Below are positions 43,992-54,029 of a DNA stretch of 64,000 nucleotides, piece by piece (the stretch's first letter is position 1; the number at the start of each line of letters is the position of its first letter). Source of the DNA: a virus; the IMG/VR virus record IMGVR_UViG_3300030329_002830, positions 1 through 64,000 of that record; one strand, given 5' to 3'. The translations under genes were made by a program, and so were the position numbers. The notes under the pieces are model-generated. The model saw only the letters and a list, made by a program, of their open reading frames with translations, was not told the DNA's origin and made no database searches.

Positions 43992-45082
43992 TATCGACCC
44001 CCAGAGTATGTCACGGCGTTCATTGTCAGGTTTCTAATGTGTACGCCCTGGAAAAGTTCATTGTTTCCTTGTCGCACATACCTTGCTGTGCCGGAATGTT
44101 CCGCTTCATAGGACTCAGAAGACTCGTCTTCATCTACAACTTCCCATTCACTGGTTCTTGTTGAAGATATAGGCTCGGTTATTTCAGTGCCCCAAATGCA
44201 CGGCACAGTATCATCAAATGTCATTTTAATGATTGGCACAAATGTTGTTGATTGGTCTCCGCCGGTAGGCTTCCAGACAAAGCACGCCTGGTATGTAAAG
44301 TTATATGAGAAGGTGTTTGGGCTTGGCGAGTCTCCTGGGGAAAACCCAAAATCAGCCCACTTCTGGTGTGGAACAATTTGCTTGGCGCCAAATTCATTTT
44401 CATACCAACCACTAAGCATGGAGCTACTGAGTAGCGTTGGCCCAGTCGCTCCACTCGGAGTGTAAAATGATACGTCTCCATCTGACTCTGCAAAGCTGTT
44501 CCACAGACCACCGCTCCACGGCAACTGGAACCACTGAACGGTAGACATCTCTATGGTGTAGTCTTCGCCGTCAGTGCTTGGACTGCCCCTTCTGCCGAGA
44601 GCACACTTAATGATTGGGCCTTTCCACCTTTGCTTATAGGTGCGCCTGTATGTCTGAAATGCAATATCGTTCATCCAGATCGAAAAAGAGCACTTGATAA
44701 CAGACGCATCAAACTTGTTGCCATTGTTCTGTACAATGACATGAGGACTAATATGGGTGCTACCCATTGCAGGGCCGAGCGCACCGTTCTTGTTTGTGAC
44801 ATTTGCCGAATCCCAAACCGGTATTTGATTTAGGCCAGACACAGGCTCGCCATCATTCACATACCGAGTCAATGGTGATGACACACCGCGCGCTTGAAAC
44901 CAAGAAAAGTCTCGAATAAACGCAGGGTCTTGAAACTGCCTTGCCTCCAACGCCTCGTCGCGAACATTTAGAGCATCAATGTTCGATGCTTGGCCTCGAA
45001 TGCTGGCAATGCCATCATTAATCGCGCCAGATGTAACTGATTGGCCTGGCTGAACTTTTGGCGGACTGACTCTACCCATCAT
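43991..45082 (-). CDS. putative tail protein
   Basis: ORF in tail module. Confidence 0.55.
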   Translation of the reverse strand: MMGRVSPPKVQPGQSVTSGAINDGIASIRGQASNIDALNVRDEALEARQFQDPAFIRDFSWFQARGVSSPLTRYVNDGEPVSGLNQIPVWDSANVTNKNGALGPAMGSTHISPHVIVQNNGNKFDASVIKCSFSIWMNDIAFQTYRRTYKQRWKGPIIKCALGRRGSPSTDGEDYTIEMSTVQWFQLPWSGGLWNSFAESDGDVSFYTPSGATGPTLLSSSMLSGWYENEFGAKQIVPHQKWADFGFSPGDSPSPNTFSYNFTYQACFVWKPTGGDQSTTFVPIIKMTFDDTVPCIWGTEITEPISSTRTSEWEVVDEDESSESYEAEHSGTARYVRQGNNELFQGVHIRNLTMNAVTYSGGR

Positions 45083-46089
45083 CTCTTCCTATAAACTACA
45101 GTAAGCGCGCGACCACGAACACGACACTTGGCGCCCATTTTCGGAACCCGCGTTGCATCCTCACTGATCGGATTCACAGATGTAAGACCGGTTTCCGACG
45201 CTGCAAGCACAGAAGCGGTCGCCTGCATTTTAGAGACACGGGCGGCACGAACTTCAGTCTTGATTGTATGCCTACCAGCAGACACAGGCGCAGCAGCAGT
45301 CAAGTAAACGCCGTTTCGGTAAAGACCGATAGACAGCCAACCAGTCTCGGCAACGGTGATTCCATCGACCGTGATTCGGAACGCTACACAATCATCATCG
45401 CTGGGCTTTTCGGCAAACCCACCATTGAAATGCTTGCACGATGGGGCGCCAGCCCCTGAATGCCCAGCGCCTGCGTATGAGCCTGTTGAAGTAGGCACCC
45501 AAACAGGATCAGTCGCGGTGTTATTCCACTGATGGAAAAAATCATCCCAATCGTCTTGAACACTCTGAGGGGTCTCAGCCGGAAAGCCAAATTCAGCATG
45601 CACTCGGGGATAAGTAACGGGAAATGGCGGATAACCAGAGCCCGAGTATTGAAATGCCGTTGTGCCTGCGTTGTACTGAAACCAAGCCTGTGACCCGCCT
45701 GGGGGATCTGCCGGCTCACGCCACTGATAGGAAGCGTGAAAGTCACACTCTACCCAGCCGTCAGTGTCAGCAGAAAACTCTACAGATGGCATCTTGTCGA
45801 TAGTTTCAGAGCCGTCAAAACTTGACCATGCCGTAGTTCTCATCGGAATATCGAAGTCATTCTCTGGATCTTCTGGGCTTGGCCCATCCGTATCAGCATC
45901 GGCGCTGTAAAACACCTTCACAAAAGCGTTCCTACGAACCATTGAGCGCTTAATGATGTCTTTGCGAAGATTGTCTCTATCCAGAAACCCGTTCAACTCG
46001 CTTGAGTAAACATCAATGTTGTCGTTCCAGTGAGAGACGTGAAGAACATCGCCGTCCACAGGCAACACATCAGGAAATCTCCAAGCCAC
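45079..46089 (-). CDS. putative tail protein
   Basis: ORF in tail module; N-terminal ELNGFLDRDNL similar to WVNGSINEEDL of 43152-43991. Confidence 0.55.
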   Translation of the reverse strand: MAWRFPDVLPVDGDVLHVSHWNDNIDVYSSELNGFLDRDNLRKDIIKRSMVRRNAFVKVFYSADADTDGPSPEDPENDFDIPMRTTAWSSFDGSETIDKMPSVEFSADTDGWVECDFHASYQWREPADPPGGSQAWFQYNAGTTAFQYSGSGYPPFPVTYPRVHAEFGFPAETPQSVQDDWDDFFHQWNNTATDPVWVPTSTGSYAGAGHSGAGAPSCKHFNGGFAEKPSDDDCVAFRITVDGITVAETGWLSIGLYRNGVYLTAAAPVSAGRHTIKTEVRAARVSKMQATASVLAASETGLTSVNPISEDATRVPKMGAKCRVRGRALTVVYRKR

Positions 46090-46091
46090 CG

Positions 46092-48323
46092 CTACCTCCG
46101 ATCCGCAGTCAAAACATCCGTAAGGACACGAATATCGCGCTGTGCCCCGACCTTCGCTTCAATGTCATAGCCCACAAGCTCAATGTGCGGGTTGTCTGAG
46201 TCCGTTGCGGTCATGATCAACTGAAGCTCAGTGACCAGGCTTTCGTGCATCAGGCTCACATCATATCTGAATGGAATCGGTCGGTAGTGGCCCCACTCAG
46301 TTGAATCAACAAACAACAAGTCATCACTGTAGAAATCAGAAGGAGAAATAAGGTCTCTCTGAGAAGTAGACTTTGACTCCGTTAGGGTCTGATCCAAAGA
46401 CCTGTTGACATTAAGGTTCAAAGACATCCCGAGATTGCCGCGAGCAACAGCAAACACATTCACATAAGCTGGCTGTACCCCAGAGTAGACATTGCCGAAA
46501 TTCAATGGCGCCGTCTGGTAAAGGGGAGAAACCTTCGTTGTCTCAGGGCCGCCCCAGTTTGAGCCCTTTCGTATCTCTGAATGAGTGTAGACATGGATTC
46601 CAGGCCGCCTTTCGGGGTCTGAGCTACCAAAGAACAGGTAGCCTCTGTGGTCTTTTGACTCAACAGCGCACCGAACGGGAACGTCAAACCGGCGACTCCA
46701 TGTACCTACTGGATAATGGAAGACATACACCAACGTGTTTTCAGTCTCACCAAGGCCGGGTAGGCACAACCAGAACTCGCGGTCCCGGTGGTAAACGACG
46801 CCTACGGCACCAGCGAGCGCCGAGTCTGACAAGTCATCAAACCAGTCTCGAATAGGCACACTAAGCTCAGTGATGCCGGTAGGAGAGCCGGTGTTCTCCA
46901 GGGCGCCCTCAAGCACGTAAATGCCAGTCTCAGAGAGGAAGACCAAACCAACGCCAGGAACCTCTGCAATGCTGTTTGCGGCAACACACCCCATGTCTTT
47001 CGTCAGGGTTTGTACATAGAAGCCGTTGGCTGGATCACCCTTGACCAAGTAAATCCCGCGCCGCTTGAACACGACAAGAGCGTTCTTCGTTGGGTAGATG
47101 CCCGTGATGTCACCACCGTCGCCCTCGCTAATGTCAAACACGTTGTTGAGCGGAAAAACCTCTGGCATGTTCGGAGCGCTGAACTGGATTTGGTTGTTCG
47201 GCATACCAGCCAAAAACATCGTGTTCTTGAATGTTGCGATGAACTTGGCTTGAGCGGGCCACGGCCCAAAGTCTTCCGGGTCTGCCAAAGCCCCAAGGTT
47301 TCCATCACTCAGGCCATCCTCGAAGGTGGTCGTGATGTTGTCCTGGATTTCCTTCACAAAGTAGTAGTTGTACCCGTAGTTCCGACTCGTCGGCTGCCCA
47401 TAGGAGTCATAGACATCTCGGGTCCGGTAGATTCTACGCGCTACCGTTTCCGCATCGCCGGTAGGCAGGTTTAGTTGCACGAATCGAGTCTTGCCTTTGT
47501 CTCCACACTCAAACTGCACCAGCGTGCTGGGCTCCGACATGGGACTTTCTTGGCCGCGCCGATTCACAAACGTGACCCGGTACTTGTAGGCGCACAGCTT
47601 TCCGTCACCCTCGCCAGAGTCAAAAGGCAGGCTTGAGCCAAGACCCTGGTTTCTGACTCGTGTTCCAAGCCAATACGACGTGCTCTCAGTGTCATAGTCA
47701 CGGAACACCAACTCAGCACCAGGCGGACCCGGCGCCTGAATGTACCCAGCGCGACCTGTGACCCGACCATCGTAAACAATCGGCTCGTCTTGGCCATTCA
47801 CCATGTAGATACGGCCACCCCAAACAACGGACTGTGTTGAGGCGCCCGGCGTTCTGGTCACAAACCTTGAGCGCTCAGTGCCGTCCCAAATCTTGTTCTG
47901 ACGATCCTTCAAGTACACGTATGGCGCGTTTGGCGTGTCTCCACGAAACCGTGAAAGAGATCCCTTGTCATCTTCCCAGATTAGGAATTGCCTGGCGCCA
48001 TTGTGCTGAGAGAACCAATGAAGAGACTGGATGGTGGCGTTGTCCGAAACGGTGGCACCTGTAGTCGGTGAAATCCCACCCGTTGAGCCACCACCAGGAG
48101 TAGGCGGGGAAAACTCGGAACTCACAGCGCCAGAGACAACCACGGTGCCCCAGGGCTCGTATTTGCGTGAATACTTAGTGATTGGGCGGAAGCCGCCACA
48201 CGATGTCCAAGAATCATTCAGCGTCCACCGCATGTCTTGAACGTCATACGCAGAGTCAGGCGAGACCTGATACCGAAGATCGACACCGCGAAGGCGGGCA
48301 AGAGTAAACGCTTGAGTTTTCAT
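46092..48323 (-). CDS. tail nozzle / tubular protein B-like beta-propeller
   Basis: FKNTMFLAG, GGDITGI...LVVFKRRGIY, GCVAANSI, VFLSETGIY; follows adaptor gene. Confidence 0.7.
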   Translation of the reverse strand: MKTQAFTLARLRGVDLRYQVSPDSAYDVQDMRWTLNDSWTSCGGFRPITKYSRKYEPWGTVVVSGAVSSEFSPPTPGGGSTGGISPTTGATVSDNATIQSLHWFSQHNGARQFLIWEDDKGSLSRFRGDTPNAPYVYLKDRQNKIWDGTERSRFVTRTPGASTQSVVWGGRIYMVNGQDEPIVYDGRVTGRAGYIQAPGPPGAELVFRDYDTESTSYWLGTRVRNQGLGSSLPFDSGEGDGKLCAYKYRVTFVNRRGQESPMSEPSTLVQFECGDKGKTRFVQLNLPTGDAETVARRIYRTRDVYDSYGQPTSRNYGYNYYFVKEIQDNITTTFEDGLSDGNLGALADPEDFGPWPAQAKFIATFKNTMFLAGMPNNQIQFSAPNMPEVFPLNNVFDISEGDGGDITGIYPTKNALVVFKRRGIYLVKGDPANGFYVQTLTKDMGCVAANSIAEVPGVGLVFLSETGIYVLEGALENTGSPTGITELSVPIRDWFDDLSDSALAGAVGVVYHRDREFWLCLPGLGETENTLVYVFHYPVGTWSRRFDVPVRCAVESKDHRGYLFFGSSDPERRPGIHVYTHSEIRKGSNWGGPETTKVSPLYQTAPLNFGNVYSGVQPAYVNVFAVARGNLGMSLNLNVNRSLDQTLTESKSTSQRDLISPSDFYSDDLLFVDSTEWGHYRPIPFRYDVSLMHESLVTELQLIMTATDSDNPHIELVGYDIEAKVGAQRDIRVLTDVLTADRR

Positions 48324-50035
48324 GACTTCGTCGGCACTCCCCAGCGCTCACGCTCATAGATCGGCTGGTCAAAGCCACTGCGTACATACAGTCTATCAGG
48401 TCGTGACAGGTGCTTTTGACGCATACGGTCCAAAAGCTCATCAGCGCGCTTCTCGTAGATTTGAGAATGGCTGGTCATGCCATGCTGTAGGCAGATGTCC
48501 TGAAGGGTCTTGTACACCAAAAGATGGTGAAACTGGGGCGGCCACTCAGGCGTGTCTGCATCTGCTACCAATCGACGCGGTCGGCGCAAATAGCGCACCT
48601 CGACATCCGTATCATTCAACGGGCGGCGGTAGACCCGGATTGATTGACGGGGACCAGACTCATCCAAAATCAACAGCTTGTGCATCTGGCCGTCATGATA
48701 CGTCCAGCGGTTCTTTTGTGTGCGGTCACTGCCTGGCCAGCCAAGATACGTCGGCTCCACCAGAGTTCCTGTGTCGCCCTGGATCTTCTCCCCTACATCA
48801 TACAAGCGAGCGGTGTGGTCTACGCCCGCCCCTTCCGCAACGTCTGCAACGTGGTGCCAACGCTGGAAGCCTTGGTGGATGTGAGAAACGCCACCATCAA
48901 CCTTGCGACGATAGATGCGCTTGTACATGCCAGAGGGCTGCTTCGACGGGTCAGCGTTACCAGAGCCATCCATTTCATCGTAGTCAGGGTATACGCCCCG
49001 AGTATCGATAAGATGAGAGATTTCCACCGCGCGGCCAGATTGAATCTTGATTGATGCCACTGGCGAAGGGGGCGACTCAATACCGCAGTACAGGAATGTG
49101 TAGCAGTATTCGTATGTATCTCCATTTTGAAGCTGCACAGAGTTGATTTCAGCCACCTCATCAACGCCAACCTCGCGCAACTTTGGTGGCCCAGGTGGCG
49201 GATGAATGAACATAGGCTCCGCCTCAATCCCAATCACGGGATCGCCAGCGTTGTCTCGATCCAGGTAGACCATCTCCTCTTTACGCGCATCAATGAACGT
49301 CAGCCTGCCGTTTTCTGGAGCCGTCTTGGTAGACGTAGAGGCCGCGTCTCCACTTTCGGTATGCACCGGGCTGGTAAGCCCACGGTCCACAATACCAAGC
49401 ACCTCCATGCAATCGCCAGGCAACCAATACCGGCGGAACTGAATGGTGTACTCGTCAATGGGAACCTTGGTGATCGTCGGCGCAGTCCCCTGAATACCAG
49501 ATGCCTCATGGGTTGATGGGTCAATGATTGGACGATCAACAACCATGTAGTGGCCAGCCTGACCAGGCCGGCTCGAATCAGGCACGTTGTACCGATTGAT
49601 GTAACTACCGCCGCCCTCACCAGAGCCAGAGGCAGAATAGCTCTCAGAGTAGTACAACCCAGTGATCAGATACTCGGAGTGATAGCCGCCATGACCGGCC
49701 TTGTCAGACGCTTGGTCAATGGACTCTTTGAGAACCAAATAGTTGCCCATCATCTCGGGGGTCTGAAGCCACTGGTTGCTTCCAACAGGAAACACCTTGG
49801 TATTGGCTACAGCCTCGCTCGCGTCACCAATCTGGATCTGCGTGTCTGAGTCACCTTCGATGTCTGCACGAAGGGTCATGCGGTACTTTGTGTGGAAGAA
49901 CAACCACGGGTACTGCGTCGAAAGCTGTAGGTAGTGCCGATTTAGAATCCGCGCAGTCATGTCCCGGTACTGCTTAAGGTCCGGGTTGTAGTCCAAGGCA
50001 GCGTTGATTTCTTGGCGCAGTTCAAGCAGATTCAT
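48320..50035 (-). CDS. head-tail adaptor (tubular protein A-like) with large insertion
   Basis: N-terminal MNLLELRQEI...YPWLF and C-terminal Y..RP..L....DTPEWPPQFHHLLVY adaptor motifs. Confidence 0.65.
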   Translation of the reverse strand: MNLLELRQEINAALDYNPDLKQYRDMTARILNRHYLQLSTQYPWLFFHTKYRMTLRADIEGDSDTQIQIGDASEAVANTKVFPVGSNQWLQTPEMMGNYLVLKESIDQASDKAGHGGYHSEYLITGLYYSESYSASGSGEGGGSYINRYNVPDSSRPGQAGHYMVVDRPIIDPSTHEASGIQGTAPTITKVPIDEYTIQFRRYWLPGDCMEVLGIVDRGLTSPVHTESGDAASTSTKTAPENGRLTFIDARKEEMVYLDRDNAGDPVIGIEAEPMFIHPPPGPPKLREVGVDEVAEINSVQLQNGDTYEYCYTFLYCGIESPPSPVASIKIQSGRAVEISHLIDTRGVYPDYDEMDGSGNADPSKQPSGMYKRIYRRKVDGGVSHIHQGFQRWHHVADVAEGAGVDHTARLYDVGEKIQGDTGTLVEPTYLGWPGSDRTQKNRWTYHDGQMHKLLILDESGPRQSIRVYRRPLNDTDVEVRYLRRPRRLVADADTPEWPPQFHHLLVYKTLQDICLQHGMTSHSQIYEKRADELLDRMRQKHLSRPDRLYVRSGFDQPIYERERWGVPTKS

Positions 50036-50046
50036 GGCACACCCCT

Positions 50047-50090
50047 AAAAGAAAACCGGCAGACAAGGTATTGTACCCCGCCTGCCGGTA
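50047..50090 (-). terminator. Rho-independent terminator after capsid genes
   Basis: minus strand ACCGGCAGGCGGGGTA-CAA-TACCTTGTCTGCCGGT + TTTCTTTT. Confidence 0.8.
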
Positions 50091-50120
50091 GTGGGCGCGA
50101 GGCCCGGTAGCGAAAATGGC

Positions 50121-50564
50121 CTAGAAGAAGCCCTGGTCGACAATCATAACGTCTGCCAGGTTGCTGGACTCAGCCTCAAGAGCAACAGCAACGGTTGCAC
50201 CGAAGGTTGTCTCCGCAAGACGATCTGCCATCCCGGCTGTTCCACCACTAAGTGGGCCAGTGAGCGCATCGCCAGCAGCGGTACTGGAAGCCACAGAGGC
50301 ATTCTCATACTTCCCTGCCGTCTGAACTACGACGTTTGCGCCAGCAGCAACCGTTTCGGTTGCGATGCCGAACGTAAGGCCGTTTGCCTCAGTGGATCCG
50401 GGCCCAACGGCAGCATCCGAGACCGAGGCCCCAAGCCCATTGGTGGTATCAGTTGTGATTGCTACAAACTTTCCAGCCGTGCATGCAGCGGATGCGTACA
50501 GGGTGACAAGCTTCTTCGGAAAATGATTAACGCCATCGACGCCATCAATCTTGTGAACTGCCAT
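50121..50564 (-). CDS. capsid decoration/cement protein
   Basis: GIATETVAAGANVVVQTAG...AGDAL pattern; directly after MCP. Confidence 0.7.
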   Translation of the reverse strand: MAVHKIDGVDGVNHFPKKLVTLYASAACTAGKFVAITTDTTNGLGASVSDAAVGPGSTEANGLTFGIATETVAAGANVVVQTAGKYENASVASSTAAGDALTGPLSGGTAGMADRLAETTFGATVAVALEAESSNLADVMIVDQGFF

Positions 50565-50641
50565 GATATCCTCTCTCTTTTGATTCTATGGCTATGAAAT
50601 AGGGTGGAGGCCGACATGACCCCCACCCAATCTAAGAAGAC

Positions 50642-51697
50642 TTAGAATGTTTCCAGGTCGAACGCCAGACCGCTCGAACCAAGGTGCTTAGCGATAAGCT
50701 GACCACGGACGCGAATCTTCGCGGCGCGAACGTCGTACTCACCAGACACCGTCTCGAAGTCGGACAGGTCGAAGTAGCCCTTCGGATCCCACAAGCAGTG
50801 GATGTCGTTCATGTTCAGCATGTAGAAGCTGATCGGGTCACCACCGGTGGTGGCACCAGCGTTCGGCATGTTGCGCTCGACGTTAATCTGCACACCATCC
50901 CAATACTCAACCAGACGACCGCCATCGATCTTGCTCTGGTCAACGTACCGCTCGTGAGCCTGAAGAGCGCGCTTCAGGTTCTTGAAGCCGGCCCGAGAGG
51001 CAAGAATCACGTTCGGGTCACCGTTCGGAGACACGGAAGCAATCTCAACCTTCAGGTCATATAGACCCGCAAGACCGTTCGAGTTGAACGAGCCGGCGCC
51101 ATCAAAGCGCTGGTTCTGCCAACCAGTCTTGGAGCTAAAGGTAGACTTGCTGACGCCTCCAACCGTGTTGCCCTGAGAACCAACAGCATCTTCCTCAAGG
51201 AATCCAGCAACTGAGCCAGTGGCCGCAGCATCAACACCGTTGAGCGTGCCCCAGTCTTCCCAACCGGCAACGCCACCCTGGACGATTTGCTTGACGAACT
51301 CACGCTTCAATGCGTTTGCAGTCATCGTGACCCGGTTCTCCAGAATGGAGAGGACCGCAGCGTCACCCTGGTTGACCATCTCTTCCTCAGAAGAAATCGC
51401 CACGGGGCGAACAACGTGTGCCCACGAGTACACGGCAGGCTTGAACACGTCCTCGACACTAAGGTCGATGCGCTCGTAACCAGTGCTCAGTCGCGTAGTG
51501 GACGAGTGGTCCTCAAATCCAAGCGGAATCACAATCCGCGTGCCACCAGCCTGGGAAGGCTGACCGGCGCCGTGAACGCGCTCGCTCGCATCCAAGAATG
51601 CGGTCGACTCATGAATGTTATCGCGCCATTCCTTCATCAGAATGTGCATCGTGGTCGACAGCAGTTCGTTGCCGATGGTCAGACTAGTGGTGGGCAT
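50642..51697 (-). CDS. major capsid protein (HK97 fold)
   Basis: 351 aa after scaffold; GGTRIVIPL, ISSEEEMVNQG...ILENRV, FYMLNMND motifs. Confidence 0.8.
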   Translation of the reverse strand: MPTTSLTIGNELLSTTMHILMKEWRDNIHESTAFLDASERVHGAGQPSQAGGTRIVIPLGFEDHSSTTRLSTGYERIDLSVEDVFKPAVYSWAHVVRPVAISSEEEMVNQGDAAVLSILENRVTMTANALKREFVKQIVQGGVAGWEDWGTLNGVDAAATGSVAGFLEEDAVGSQGNTVGGVSKSTFSSKTGWQNQRFDGAGSFNSNGLAGLYDLKVEIASVSPNGDPNVILASRAGFKNLKRALQAHERYVDQSKIDGGRLVEYWDGVQINVERNMPNAGATTGGDPISFYMLNMNDIHCLWDPKGYFDLSDFETVSGEYDVRAAKIRVRGQLIAKHLGSSGLAFDLETF

Positions 51698-51714
51698 CTC
51701 ATGCTCCTATGGGT

Positions 51715-52722
51715 TTAGCGAACTTCACCCGCAATTCTCTTTGCGGCTTCCGGGTTTGACTGTAGCCAATTGGCAATAGCATGAGCGCCACGCTTCTTGA
51801 CGTTTACAGGAATGTCCTCAACACCAGGAGCGCTGCTCATAGATTGCTTACTAACACGTCGAGCAGATTGAGCACGAGCACGGCGCTCAGACTCAATGCG
51901 AGCATTTTGCTCAGCAAGAACTCGACGCGCCTTCACAATCTGGTACGCATCCTCTGTTGAAATCGGTGCATCAGTCCCGCGTCGACCCTGTACAAGGGCT
52001 GACACTTCATTTTTGAAGCTGGGCTGCTTAAGCTCTGGATGGGACTCCAAAAACTCAAGATAAGCTGTTTGCTTGGCATGTTGGGCAGACGCCTGCTGCA
52101 TTGGGGAGAGAACATTTCGCATCCCCTCGGCAATGCCTTTCTGGATGCGTGCCTGAATGCCCTCTTCACTAAGAATGTCTGGAAGCTCACCCTCTGGCGT
52201 GTTCAGAACTTCCTGAACCTTTGGATCATTCGCCAGCGCACTGAACTCCGCTTGACGGCGAGCAAAGTCACGCTCCATCTTCTGAAGCTCAAGCTCTCTC
52301 TCCGCCAGCTTGGTTTCAGATGCATTGGTAGAGTGACCAAGCTTCGACTTCTCAATCTCGTAAGCAAGACGGAAGTTGTGAAGCATTCGACGCGCAACAG
52401 TCGGAAGCTCCTTGATGTCGTCTTCCGTGATGTTGTCGTAGAACTTGTCGGTCTCAAGCTCCTCAATGTCACCAAGGACAGACGTGAGGGGGTTAAAAAC
52501 ATCCTCACTAATTTCCGCTGGTGCCGATGCCTCAACTTCCGGCTCGACAGCCGGAGGCTCAACCTCGATAGACGGAACTTCAGCTTCAGGTTGTGCCGCA
52601 ACCTGCTCCGCGTCTGCTGCGGTCGGTTCAATATCGACCAACCCCGCCAAGTCAGCAGCCTGAACTGCACCGTCCCCTGGTGCAGCAGCCGCTTCGTCAG
52701 CAATCTGTGTTGTTGAATCCAT
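51715..52722 (-). CDS. scaffolding protein
   Basis: acidic disordered N-terminus, coiled coil, EDAYQIVK; directly upstream of MCP. Confidence 0.7.
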   Translation of the reverse strand: MDSTTQIADEAAAAPGDGAVQAADLAGLVDIEPTAADAEQVAAQPEAEVPSIEVEPPAVEPEVEASAPAEISEDVFNPLTSVLGDIEELETDKFYDNITEDDIKELPTVARRMLHNFRLAYEIEKSKLGHSTNASETKLAERELELQKMERDFARRQAEFSALANDPKVQEVLNTPEGELPDILSEEGIQARIQKGIAEGMRNVLSPMQQASAQHAKQTAYLEFLESHPELKQPSFKNEVSALVQGRRGTDAPISTEDAYQIVKARRVLAEQNARIESERRARAQSARRVSKQSMSSAPGVEDIPVNVKKRGAHAIANWLQSNPEAAKRIAGEVR

Positions 52723-52784
52723 GCTCTTATGACTCCATTGTTAGTCGTTCACGAATGTACCACTTTAGAGAGGAATGATGCAAC

Positions 52785-53426
52785 TTATGCAAGACCTTCT
52801 GCAAGCATTTCATCTTGCTCATCAAAGTTGCCGGGAGATGGCGGTGCTTCAGCCATCTCTTCAGCGCCCTCCTCAGGTGCCATAAGCGCATCAGAAAGCT
52901 TCTTGTCTTTTGCCATGCGCTTTAGCTGAGCCGTGGCCTTTCTGACCTCTACATCAGAAGTCATCTCCATCGGGTCAAAGCCGTACTTGTCGAAATACTT
53001 CCCATCCTCGACAACACGCAGCGCCTCGTTGATTGCAACCAGCGGGACAAAAAGCTGCGGCGGAAGAGGGTCTGCCCACTTGTTGCCCTCAGTGCCACTA
53101 AAGTCCAGTTCCACCTGGGGCAGGTCACCACCAGACAACTTGTTGATGGTCTCGTTGAACTGCTTCAAAAGCGTTTCAAGAGCCTTAATGGTAAAGGGCT
53201 TCTCCGGCATGGGCGCTTGGCCTGCAATCTGAGCAAGGTCAGACGCCATGTCTCCGGGCGGCATTCCCTCTGGGGGCATTCCCTCTGGGGGCATTCCCTC
53301 TGGAGGCATTCCTTCTGGAGGCATTCCTTCTGGAGGCATTCCGGCAGGGGGAGCAGCCATGGCTGGATCGTATCCGGGCTCTCCGGGGTAGGGTAGGCGG
53401 GCTCCGGTCACTGGATCGACTGGCAT
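52785..53426 (-). CDS. hypothetical head-module protein with (PPEGM)n repeats
   Basis: 15-bp tandem repeats about 53260-53342; AAGGAG RBS. Confidence 0.65.
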   Translation of the reverse strand: MPVDPVTGARLPYPGEPGYDPAMAAPPAGMPPEGMPPEGMPPEGMPPEGMPPEGMPPGDMASDLAQIAGQAPMPEKPFTIKALETLLKQFNETINKLSGGDLPQVELDFSGTEGNKWADPLPPQLFVPLVAINEALRVVEDGKYFDKYGFDPMEMTSDVEVRKATAQLKRMAKDKKLSDALMAPEEGAEEMAEAPPSPGNFDEQDEMLAEGLA

Positions 53427-53435
53427 GTTGGCTCC

Positions 53436-54029
53436 TTAAAGTCTTCCTTGGTCCCGAAGCTTTCGAACTTCTCGAAATTCGGGAGAGTTATCAAACTTAT
53501 CGCAATACTCAGCGTACTCGCGGTCTTCCTTCTCGTTTATATCATCCATCTTTCTGTACTCAGAATCAATATCCCAATCACCATCTACAGGCGTTAGCCC
53601 GCGCTGCTTACATATCTCTCTTCTGTGCGCCTTGCTTTCAAGCATGACACCAAGACCACGATCATAGTAAGGAAAACGCTCGCTCCACCTATCGATTCTT
53701 GCAGAAGGAATCCATACAGAATCGCATGAGCTACACTTTGGGCACTCTTGCGGATCATCGTGTGACTCACCTTCCTTTCGGTCAATCAGTTCATCGAAAA
53801 TAAACTCACACGATCTGCACTTGAATTGGTGCATCACCAGGCCGTTGCCTTCCGAGTTGTAGGTCTTTTCATTCCCGGCATCGTTGGCCTGGGCCATTGA
53901 CATCCGAATGACGTAACGAGATGTCCCATCACACTCTTTGCAGGAAATTGAGTCAGGTCGGCTGTCGTAGCGAAAGATTTCATCTCGCTCAACACCACAC
54001 GAATCACACAGGTAACTATACAGGGGCAC
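53436..54029 (-). CDS. tandem FmdB-like zinc-ribbon protein
   Basis: GTG start; PLYSYLCDSC...CKEC and HQFKCRSC...CPKC. Confidence 0.7.
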   Translation of the reverse strand: MPLYSYLCDSCGVERDEIFRYDSRPDSISCKECDGTSRYVIRMSMAQANDAGNEKTYNSEGNGLVMHQFKCRSCEFIFDELIDRKEGESHDDPQECPKCSSCDSVWIPSARIDRWSERFPYYDRGLGVMLESKAHRREICKQRGLTPVDGDWDIDSEYRKMDDINEKEDREYAEYCDKFDNSPEFREVRKLRDQGRL

